A stretch of 64,000 nucleotides of DNA from an uncultured Verrucomicrobiae bacterium (lineage in GTDB: Bacteria > Verrucomicrobiota > Verrucomicrobiia > Palsa-1439), in NCBI GenBank assembly GCA_963817685.1, contig CAWFPN010000010.1:2852-66851 (forward strand), written 5' to 3'. This document shows positions 35,768 to 44,793 of this stretch, in pieces; the stretch's first letter is position 1, and every line of letters starts with the position of its first letter. Both the position numbers and the translations under genes were made by a program. The notes below the pieces were generated by a model. That model ran no database searches and was not told the origin of the DNA. It saw only the letters and a list, made by a program, of their open reading frames with translations.

Positions 35768-36772
35768 CTAGAAGAAATAGCTCGCGGTGATTACGCCGTA
35801 CTTAAACTGGTTCTGTTCGCCGTCGAACTCCTTGCCCCAAAAGACGTAGGTGAACGACGTTTGGAAACGCCGGTTGCCGATGCACAGGCCGACTCCCTCC
35901 GCGGGGACAAACCACTTCTTGTCCACGCTGCGACTGTCCTCAAACGTGTTTCCGTCGAGCGTGATGTCCCGCAAGACCAGATTGGCCACAGCGCCGCCGT
36001 AAATGGAATACCCCCAGTCAGAGTTCGATTCGGGCTTCCCACTTCGACGGGGCGGCGGCATCTGGTCCATGCCGCGCACCAGTGTTGGGCCGAAGTCGTC
36101 GGGGATGTTGTAGCCCGCCCGCATCAAGCCGCCGATTTGCGCCTGAGTCAGCATATTGCCCAGCCACCCACCCGCAATCGGCAATCCCTCGACCGACCAG
36201 GCGTCGCGTTCGCCGGCGAGCCGGAACTTGTGGCGATACTCATAGGCAAGGTTCACGATCGGCTCATTCTTCAACTGGTAGCTCCAGCCTTGAGGCTTGG
36301 TGCTGCCTATCAGACCATGCACTCCGCTCTGCGTTTCTCTGCCGAGTGCCGCCGGGCCAATGACGCCCACGACGAGCTTCAATCCGTTGTAGGAATTTGC
36401 CTGCTCGACATGGAGCGAAAGCCCCCCCGCGAGAATCGCGGCATACGGCCGATCCTTCGGATCGGGGTTGTGCAGGGTCAAGTTTGACGGCGTGAACATG
36501 AGCTGGGCAACATCATAACCAACCGTGCGGCGTCCCTGCCCCCACGGCAGCCAATCGGCCAGCGGGTCAAGCCAATTGGGACCGGTATGAGCCAGCGAAA
36601 GGGCAACACCGTCCGTGTAGTTCCGATCCGTACCGCCGAACGCGTCGTTTTCAAAGCGCCCTGACACGACCCATTGCTGTGGGGCGGAGTTGGTGGTGAC
36701 TTCAACCGCCGCGAATGAGGGCAGCGCCAGCAGTTGGGCAAAGACCACAAACGTTATTCCGTGAATCCTCAT
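35768..36772 (-). CDS. Outer-membrane lipid A deacylase LpxR-family (DUF2219) protein
   Basis: Signal MRIHGITFVVFAQLLALPSFAA. FENDAFGGTDRNYTDGVALS near the N-terminus. Beta-barrel-like alternating pattern ending YGVITASYFF. Confidence 0.6.
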   Translation of the reverse strand: MRIHGITFVVFAQLLALPSFAAVEVTTNSAPQQWVVSGRFENDAFGGTDRNYTDGVALSLAHTGPNWLDPLADWLPWGQGRRTVGYDVAQLMFTPSNLTLHNPDPKDRPYAAILAGGLSLHVEQANSYNGLKLVVGVIGPAALGRETQSGVHGLIGSTKPQGWSYQLKNEPIVNLAYEYRHKFRLAGERDAWSVEGLPIAGGWLGNMLTQAQIGGLMRAGYNIPDDFGPTLVRGMDQMPPPRRSGKPESNSDWGYSIYGGAVANLVLRDITLDGNTFEDSRSVDKKWFVPAEGVGLCIGNRRFQTSFTYVFWGKEFDGEQNQFKYGVITASYFF

Positions 36773-36813
36773 AACTCACCTCGGGTATTGATGGCGATTC
36801 GTTTGACGCTCAT
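36769..36813 (-). pseudogene. 14-codon remnant of a pfk 5' end, forming a mini-ORF whose stop overlaps the lpxR-like start (ATGA)
   Basis: MSVKRIAINTRGEL* compared with the pfk start MNAIKRIAINTGGGD. There are 23 identical bp (ggtattgatggcgattcgtttga) at 36784..36806 and 33486..33508. Confidence 0.6.
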
Positions 36814-37236
36814 CGTTGAATCCTTTAGCATTTAGAGACTCGCAGTTCGCGAACGACGCCCGCCAAATGCCACCGCCACCGGTGGTCCTGAGTCATCGTG
36901 AGAAGATGCAGCACCACTCTTCCGCTCGACGTGCTCGCCAGTCTCAGTTGTTTGGCCGCGCTCATTGTTTTCTGTGCCTTTGTTCATTTTATCGACTTCA
37001 TCACGAACACGACCGCTACATACACAGCTTGCGTGCCAGTGAGCTGACACTTCTGGAATATGTTGAAGACAAGGATGTAATGGAAAAAGCGGCGCGACAA
37101 CTTGTCGGACAAAAAGTTGAACGTGCAAAAACTTGGCAGCGTTATCGCACAAGCCTGGTCGGGTGAGTCAATCGATGAGAAGTGAAGAGCTGGTCACCGT
37201 CTGGACGTGCTCCACACGCCGGAACTTGGATACGAA

Positions 37237-38728
37237 TTAAGAAGTCTCAACCGCCGGCTTCTTGAGTCCCCATTTCTTCATACGAGCCAGCAAGGTGGTG
37301 GGCTTGACGCCGAGGAGTTCGGCCGCGCCATCCGCGCCTTTGATCTTCCAGTTGGCTTCTTGGAGAACACTCAAGAGGTTGTCGCGCTCGCGGCGCTGCA
37401 TCTCGGCTTCGGTAAGGAATTTCGGTGCGTCAGCGTCACCGGGTGGTGATTCGATTCGAACCGGAGTCGGAGTCTTGGATTGGTTTGCCACCGGCAGGTC
37501 AAAATCCAGCGCCCCGCCGCGAGCCAGAATCACGGCGCGCTCGATCACGTTGCGTAATTCGCGAACATTTCCAGGCCAGTCGTAGTTTTGCAGTTTCGTG
37601 ATCGCCGCCCGGGTGCAGACGCGGTTTGGCGCATTTCAAGTCGCGCGTGGAGAGATCGACGAAATGTTTCGCCAGCGACGGGATGTCGTCGAGGCGTTCC
37701 CGAAGCGGCGGGACGTTGATCGGAAAAACATTTAGCCGGTAATACAGATCTTCGCGGAACTTGCCGGCGGCTACGGCTTGTTTCAGATCGCGATTCGTGG
37801 CTGCGATGATGCGCACATTGGCCCGCCGCGTGCGGTCGTCGCCGACGCGTTCGTAGCGTTTTTCCTGAAGCACGCGCAGGAGCTTGTTCTGAACGTCGAG
37901 CGGGATTTCGCCGACTTCATCGAGGAAGATCGTGCCGCCTTCGGCGGTTTCAAAACGACCGGCCCGGTCCTTCACGGCCCCGGTAAACGAGCCGCGCACA
38001 TGGCCGAAGAATTCGCTCTCGAAAAGTTCGCGCGGAATCGAAGCGCAATTGACACGAACCAGCGGCCCGTCTTTGCGCTGGCTGCGCCGGTGAATCTCGT
38101 GGGCGACCAGTTCCTTGCCGGTGCCGGTCTCGCCGAGAATCAGCACGGAAGCTTCGGTGGGCGCGACCAGATCAATTTGGCTGACGATGTGCCGGAGCGC
38201 GGCGCTTTGGCCGACAAGGTCGCCGAACGCTTTCGCCTCGACGACGGCTTCCTGCAAGTAGTCGTTGCGCAATTCGAGTTGCGCTTTGAGCGCGGCGATT
38301 TCCTCGTAGGCCCGCTGAAGCTCTTCTGCCCGGCGCAGTTGCAGGTGCGTTCGGACTCGCGCCAGCACTTCCTCGGCTTCAAACGGCTTGGTGATGTAAT
38401 CCACGCCGCCGGCTTCAAAGCCGGTGACTTTTTGGTGCGTATCGCCAAAGGCGCTGATGAAAATAACGGGGATGCGGCTGCTCTTCTCGTCTGCCTTCAA
38501 GCGCCGGCACACCTCATAGCCATCCATGTCCGGCATACTGACGTCGAGCAGGATCAGGTCTGGATTCTTGGCGGCGACGGATTTCAGCGCCAGAGCGCCG
38601 TCGGAAGCCGGGCGGACGCGATAGCCGTGTTTGGTGAGCAGGTCGGTCAGTAGGCGCAGGTTGGCGGGGGTGTCATCCACCACCAAAATGTCTTCCGGCG
38701 CTGAAGTCGGCTGGTTGTTTTGGCTCAT
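37237..38728 (-). pseudogene. Sigma-54-dependent response regulator (NtrC family: REC + AAA+ + Fis HTH), with one +1 frame change near 37615
   Basis: REC ILVVDDTPANL...LLDVSMPDMDG. AAA+ GETGTGKE, ESEFFGH, GSFTGA. After AKPRL the frame shifts, and the true continuation [31 protein letters not shown]...[21 protein letters not shown] is in the next frame. The span is 1492 nt (3n+1). Confidence 0.8.
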
Positions 38729-41700
38729 AACGTCTCTCCGGTTTGAGAACGCTCCCTTTCCAGCAATTTCAAAAGACGCTGATAGTCAAGCCGCGTGGCC
38801 AGCGTCTTCAAGGCCCGACCCAGCGAAGCATCTCGCTCGGCAACCTGCTCGATGAGGATTTGCGTGCGAGCCGTGTCCAGTTCGATGACGGCCTGACGCA
38901 ACTCCTGCAGCAGTTGCGCCGGCAGCGCGTCCAACTGCTCCGGATTCGGGGTAAGCTCCGGCGCCTCCGGCAGGCTCTCCTGACGCGGCGCTTCCTCGTA
39001 GATGAATTTCAGGCGCAGGTGCCGGGCCAGTGCGTCGAAGAGATCTTGTTCGCGAAATGGCTTGCGCACGAGATCATCGCAGCCGGCCGCCATAATGGGT
39101 TCTCGCTCTTCCTCCAGGGCGTGAGCCGTGAGCGCGATGATTTCGTAACGCCGCCGCCAGCCTGGGTCGCCCGAATCCGCCGGACTGCTTCCAACCCGTC
39201 CATCACCGGCATGCGGATATCCATCCAAATCAGGTCGGGATGCCATTGCTCGAACAGCGCCACGGCTTCTTGTCCGTTGGCGGCCTCGCGCAACTCAAAA
39301 CCGAGCGGTGCCAAAAGTCTTCGCAGCAGCAGACGGTTTTCCGGCTGGTCTTCGACAATCAGGAGCCGGTGACGGGGCTGCCCTTCGGCCAATCCCAAAA
39401 TGCGCCGGTGCTTCAGCTCATCGCGCTCCGCCACCGACGGAAGGATGCTCACTGGAATCTCGAAATAAAACACCGATCCCTTGCCCGGCTGGCTGGTCAC
39501 GCCAATCTGGCCCCCCATCAGCTCGACATACTGTTTGCAGATGGCCAAGCCCAATCCAGTCCCGGCTTGCGCGGGAGCCTGGTCACCCAATTGCACGAAG
39601 GGAAAGAAGATGCGCTGGCAATCCTCTTGGCTTATGCCAGGCCCGGAGTCCTCAACCTCAAATCGCACATTGGCTTTTTCGGACCCGTGGATACTGGCGA
39701 GCCTGGCGCGGAGCTTCACCCCGCCTGAATCCGTGTACTTGATCGCGTTGCCAAGCAGGTTCAGCAGCACTTGGCGCAGTTTGCCTGCGTCCACAGCAAC
39801 AAACCGGGGTAGATCTGGATCATGCTCCAAAGCGAAACGGAGGCCCTTTTCCACGGCCCCGACTCCCATGAGCGACTGCATTTCGTGCAGTAACCGGTGC
39901 AAGTCAACTTCGGACTCCTTCAGGGCCACCTGACCGGACTCGATCTTCGCCATGTCGAGGACATTGTTGATTAAATTCAGCAAGTGCTCGCCGCTGCGGA
40001 CAATGATATCCAACGTCTCCTGCTGCGGCGGCGTCACGTCCGGATCGTTCTTGAGCAGTCGGGAAAAACCGAGCACGGCGTTGAGGGGAGTGCGCAACTC
40101 ATGGCTCATGTTCGCCAGGAACGAACTCTTCGCGCGATTGGCGGCTTCGGCCCGGGCCTTGGCTTCCGCCAATTGCTCCGTTCGGTGCCTCACCATGTCT
40201 TCGAGGTTCTCCCGGTGCTTGCGCAGCTCGTCCTCGGCCAGTTTGCGTTCGGTCACATCCATCGCCGTGCCGACGTATTCAGCGACCTGTCCGTTTTCAT
40301 CGAGAACCGGATGGCCGATAGCATGGATGTGCTTGACTGTTCCATCGGGCAGCACAATCCGGTGTTCATGCTCGTACTCCCTATTTCCAGCCGCTGCCTT
40401 CAGCAGCAGTTCACGCGTGCGTTCGAGATCCTCAGGGTGGATTCGTTGCCAGAATGTTTCAGCGGTTGGCACACCGTCCTGCGGGTTTAAGCCGAAAATT
40501 CGGAACATTTCCTCGGACCAGTAAAGCGACTGGCGAGTGGCGGGGCTCCAGGCCCAACTGCCCATGTGGGCCAGCCGCTGCCCTTCCGCCAGATAAGCCT
40601 CACTTCTCCGCAGTGCATCCTCCGCGCGCTTGCGTTCCGTCACATCCATCGCGGTGCCGACGTATTGAACGACCTGTTCGTCTTGATCGAGAACCGGATG
40701 ACCAACCGCATGGATGTGCTTGACGGTTCCATCGGGCAGCACAATCCGGTGATCATGCTCGTAATCCAAGCCTCGCTGCGCCACTTTCATCTGCAATTCA
40801 CGGACACGGTCGCGATCCTCAGGGTGGATTCGTTGCCAGAGAGTTTCAGCGGTTGGCACGCCTTCCTGCGGGTTTAAGCCATAGATCCGGAACATTTCCT
40901 CCGACCAGTACAAGGGCTGGAGAGTGCCGGGGCTCCAGGCCCAACTGCCCGTGTGGCTCAGCCGCTGCCCTTCGGCCAGAGTAGCCTCACTTCTCCGCAG
41001 TGCATCCTCAGCGCGCTTGCGATCGGTGATGTCGCGCGCCACGTGGACGGCATATGTAAGTTCACCGTTCTGGTCAAATACGGGGTCAACGGAAACCGAC
41101 AACCAAGGACCTCCCTCTCTCGCCAGAACCTCCACTTCTTCATGCCTCCGAGATTGGCGCATTTTGGCGAGAGGGCATTCCGCCGGGGGCATGGACGTTC
41201 CGTGGATCAGATTAAAGCAGTGTCCCCCGACGATTTTGTCAAACGGCAGCCCGAGGAACTCCGCCGCTGCACGGTTGGCTCGCAAGATCTGGAAATCCTT
41301 GTCGAGCAGCAAAACCAAATCCTGCACCGCGTCAAAGGTAGCCTGCCATTGCGCGGCGGTATTGCGCACCTCTTCCTCCGCCCGCTTGCGCTCGGTGATG
41401 TCACGCACAAGGGCTAAGTTGTAAGCCCGGCCTTCATATTCGAAATAATTCGCGCTGATCTCGACCGGGAAAATGCGGCCATCTCGCGTTCGGTGGCGGC
41501 TTTCGAAAGTCATCGACTGCTGCGCCTTCAGGTCGCGCCAATGGTCGGACCAACGCTCCGCCGGGAACTCAGGATCAACATCTGATACGCTCATGGCGAG
41601 CAGTTCCGCTCGGGTATAACCCAGCCGGCGGCAGGCCTCCTCGTTAACATAACAAAGACGCGGCCCATCCATCAGAAAGGCGGCTTCGTGTCCTTTGTCC

Positions 41701-42518
41701 AAGGCAAAACTCAGCAGGGCGACTTCCTGCTCCGCCTGTTCGCGCGCGACCCGGGAACGCAGCGTGACGATGCCGAACGCCAAGTCGCCCGCCAGTTCCT
41801 CCAGCAGCCGAATCTCGTCCGACGTAAAAGCGTTGGGCTGGGCGCAATAAACTGCAAGACTGCCGAAGACGTTGGCGTGTTCATCCTTGAGCGGCACGGC
41901 GATGCCGGAACGAAAATCTTTCTGCAAAGCGCTCTCCCGCCAGGGCGCGAGTCGAGGATCCGTTGCGAAATCCTGAATGCAGCAGGTGTTCCCGCTCCGG
42001 ATGGCCGTTCCGGTGGGGCCGCGCCCACGCTCCGTGTCGGCCCAAGTTATGCCGAGGTTTGCGAGATATCCTTCCTCGGCTCCGGCCCACGCGACCGGGC
42101 GCACGTTCTTGGCTTCGTCGTGTTCGGCATAGCCGACCCACGCCATGCGGTAGCCGGCCTCATCGCAGACGATCCGGCAGATCTCTTTGAGCAGGCTCTG
42201 CTCGTCAGTGGCGCGCAGGAGGACTTGGTTGCAGTTGCTGATCGCTCGCAGTTCGCGATTCGAACGACGCAGGGCCTCTGAGGTTAGTTGAACGGCCTGG
42301 ATTAATCGCCTGATGGTGAAATAGAGCAGCGCGGCAGTCACGAAGACAAAGACAGTCCCCTTAATCGTCATCACAGCCGTGGGCAGATTGAGACGAGTTA
42401 CGACCGCGTCGCTGAACGCGATCCATAGAGTCGCGATCACAGCATAGCCCAGTGCAATTCGGATTGGACTCAAGCTTGAAACTCGCGAATGGAGCATTCT
42501 TCGGATTTTCATAACCAC
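38725..42518 (-). pseudogene. Hybrid sensor histidine kinase (2 TM, GAF, 4 PAS, HisKA, HATPase, REC, C-terminal helical domain), with one -1 frame change in a T-run at 39141-39143
   Basis: HisKA FLANMSHELRTPLNAV. HATPase DSGPGI...GTGLGLAI. REC LLIVEDQPENR...DLIWMDIRMPVMDG. After RATQAGGGVT the continuation (K)IIALTAHALEEEREPIMAAGCDDLVRKPF is in another frame (listed ORF 38725..39246). The span is 3794 nt (3n+2). Confidence 0.8.
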
Positions 42519-42676
42519 AACTCCTTCCCCGGCCGGGCGATGGTGGCAAATTCAGGACGAAACGTCCATCGCATTTCGGACAAGTTTTTAGACGTACAAT
42601 TTATCGAACCGGATACTTGCCAGGCGCGCTTTTTCTAAGTCGCTGCATCAAAGCATATTAGGACTTTTGGAATCCG

Positions 42677-42693
42677 CTGGCACGGCAAACGCA
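42677..42693 (+). promoter_or_regulatory. Candidate sigma-54 (-24/-12) promoter upstream of the trx-like/efflux operon
   Basis: CTGGCACGGCAAACGCA compared with the consensus YTGGCACGrNNNTTGCW. GG and GC are correctly spaced. It ends 36 nt before the ATG at 42729, and a sigma-54 activator gene is encoded divergently. Confidence 0.4.
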
Positions 42694-42728
42694 AATAGGA
42701 TCAGCGAGAGCAAAAGCAAGACGAGAAC

Positions 42729-43079
42729 ATGAACGCAACCGAAAACTACATAGAGGTAATTCAGGTGGACGAAGTGAATTTCGATTCGGAAGTGCTCCAA
42801 GCCAGGCAACCGGTCTTAGTCGCCTTCGTGACGACGTGGAGTCACGCATGCGCGATTCTGATACCAGTGCTGAATGAAATCGCGTCCGAGCGCGACGGTC
42901 AGTTGAAGGTCGTGCGCGTGAACGCGGACAGCAATCTCGACCTCAGCTTGTGGTACGACGTGCAATCCATTCCAACCCTTCTCTATTTCGTGGACGGCAA
43001 CGTCCGTGCCAAGATTATCGGCACGGCTTCCAAAGAAGCGATTCTCTCCAAACTGGAATCAACCCCAAAGGAATCATGA
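42729..43079 (+). CDS. Thioredoxin-fold protein with atypical WSHAC motif (N-terminal active-site Cys replaced by Ser)
   Basis: VLVAFVTTWSHACAILIPVLNEIA...KVVRVNADSN...YDVQSIPTLLYF aligns to the thioredoxin WCGPC region and the cis-Pro loop. Confidence 0.75.
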   Translation: MNATENYIEVIQVDEVNFDSEVLQARQPVLVAFVTTWSHACAILIPVLNEIASERDGQLKVVRVNADSNLDLSLWYDVQSIPTLLYFVDGNVRAKIIGTASKEAILSKLESTPKES

Positions 43080-43666
43080 ATAGGCTAACCTCATTTACCG
43101 ATTCGCGACTGGCCTATGCGGCCGAGTCGAAGCACACGTGGCGGAAGTTTGCGCGGCGAGTCGCCCCGAGCGTTTTGGAAATCCCGATGCTCTTCGACGA
43201 GGCGCAAGAAGCGGCGGAGACGCTGTGTGACCGGCTTCTCGTCCATCTCGGTCCGCGTTACGCCATCAAACTGCTTCCGTGGAAATTGACGGTGACGCAA
43301 TTCCCGACGCTGACCGAGATCGTCGCGCGCGAAGCGATGCGCGCTCCCTTCATGCTCGTGACGATCAACGGCGCAAACGCAGTGGCGCCGGAAGTCGAAG
43401 CCTTGATTCGGCGCTGTGCGGAGGCGATGAGTCGCGGCGGGGCGGCATTGGTGGTGCAGCTTTACGGAATTTCCAAAGGCGAAAAGGAATTGTCGCCAGC
43501 TTACCGGTGCCTCAAGCAAATCGCCGACGACGCAAAGATACCGATTTTCTCCACTGTCGTTGAACTCAAACAATCATCCCGGGGCGCTGGGCTGCCTTCT
43601 CCTCGCCGCAGCGGATCTCCTTTCGTTGCGACCCGCCTCAAACCCCACCTTAACCTATACTCCTAA
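43076..43666 (+). CDS. Hypothetical protein (196 aa)
   Basis: The internal ATG 43076 overlaps the trx-like stop (ATGA). No recognisable motif. Confidence 0.45.
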   Translation: MNRLTSFTDSRLAYAAESKHTWRKFARRVAPSVLEIPMLFDEAQEAAETLCDRLLVHLGPRYAIKLLPWKLTVTQFPTLTEIVAREAMRAPFMLVTINGANAVAPEVEALIRRCAEAMSRGGAALVVQLYGISKGEKELSPAYRCLKQIADDAKIPIFSTVVELKQSSRGAGLPSPRRSGSPFVATRLKPHLNLYS

Positions 43667-43704
43667 CCTCACCCACGCCCAGCGCCCCGAAGGAGATTTT
43701 CAAT

Positions 43705-44781
43705 ATGAATACAAACAACCTGATCAAAAACGTTTTTGCGCGGTCTTGCTTGGCGCTCCTGCTGGCCGGCTGCGGCAAGCAACCGGCAAAAGCACCGGAG
43801 CAAAGCCTGGTGCGCACCGCGACCGTTGCACCTCTGGATAACACGCGCTCGGATGGCGAGGCGTCGTACCTGGCGAGCGTCAAGTTCGACCACGAGACCG
43901 ATCTCAATTTCAAAGTGGGCGGGATCGTGGTCGCCATCGGCCCGGTCGCAAACGCGGATTGGGACGAAGGCACGCCGGTTATGGCCGGGACGGTGCTGGC
44001 TGAGTTGAAGCAGTCGGATTTCAAAAACGCGTTGGACACGGCGCGCGCGAAAGCCGATTTGGCCGGCACGACCCTGGGGCGTTTCCGGAAACTGCGCGTC
44101 GAGGACGCGATTTCGCAGCAGGAACTCGACGTGGTCGAAGCTGACTGGCGCACGGCGCAGGCGGCATTGGATCAGGCGGAGCAGAATCTCAAGGATTCCC
44201 GGCTGGTGGCGGACAAGAACGGCGTGATCCTGGCCCGCTATATCAACAGGGGCGTGACTGTGCCGCCCGGTCAGCGTGTGTTGCGCTTTGCGGATACGAG
44301 TTTGATGTCCGTCGAATTGGGATTGCCGGATCGGTTGATTGGAAAGCTGACGCCCGGTCAGGAGATTGATGTCGAGATTTCGGCGCTGGAAGGAATGCCG
44401 CCGTTTAAAGGCCGGGTGTCGGAAGTCGGCGTCGCGGCGAGCGGCGAAGGCCGGTTATTCCGCGTCGTGATCAAAGTGCCGAACCCGGACGGATTACTCC
44501 GCTCCGGCATGACCGCGCGCATTCACGTGAACGATGCCGCCGGTGTGAAGCCGGGCACGGTGGTCGTTCCGCTCTCGGCGCTCGTGACTTTTGCGCCGGG
44601 CACGCAGGTGGGCGTGTTCGTTGTGCAAGACGGCAAAGCCGTGAAGCGTCTCGTGAAGACCGGCGACATTCTGAACAGTTCGATCCTCATCACCGAAGGC
44701 TTGCGTCCCGGCGAGCAGCTTGTGACCTCGGGCGCGGCTTTTCTGTACGACGGCGCACCCGTCGAAGTCGCCGGTAACTAA
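43705..44781 (+). CDS. RND efflux periplasmic adaptor (membrane fusion protein)
   Basis: Lipobox LALLLAGCGK. Biotinyl/lipoyl-like hairpin, coiled-coil region DLAGTTLGRFRKL...AQAALDQAEQNL, and beta-barrel C-terminus. Sits immediately upstream of the RND permease. Confidence 0.8.
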   Translation: MNTNNLIKNVFARSCLALLLAGCGKQPAKAPEQSLVRTATVAPLDNTRSDGEASYLASVKFDHETDLNFKVGGIVVAIGPVANADWDEGTPVMAGTVLAELKQSDFKNALDTARAKADLAGTTLGRFRKLRVEDAISQQELDVVEADWRTAQAALDQAEQNLKDSRLVADKNGVILARYINRGVTVPPGQRVLRFADTSLMSVELGLPDRLIGKLTPGQEIDVEISALEGMPPFKGRVSEVGVAASGEGRLFRVVIKVPNPDGLLRSGMTARIHVNDAAGVKPGTVVVPLSALVTFAPGTQVGVFVVQDGKAVKRLVKTGDILNSSILITEGLRPGEQLVTSGAAFLYDGAPVEVAGN

Positions 44782-44793
44782 GGAGACATCTCG

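Noticed and set aside
36816-37166. Overlapping ORFs 36816..37166(+) and 36832..37152(-) in the gap between the lpxR cassette and the RR gene
   Set aside because: Neither shows motifs, a signal sequence or coupling to neighbours. Both have odd composition, so I treat the region as non-coding.
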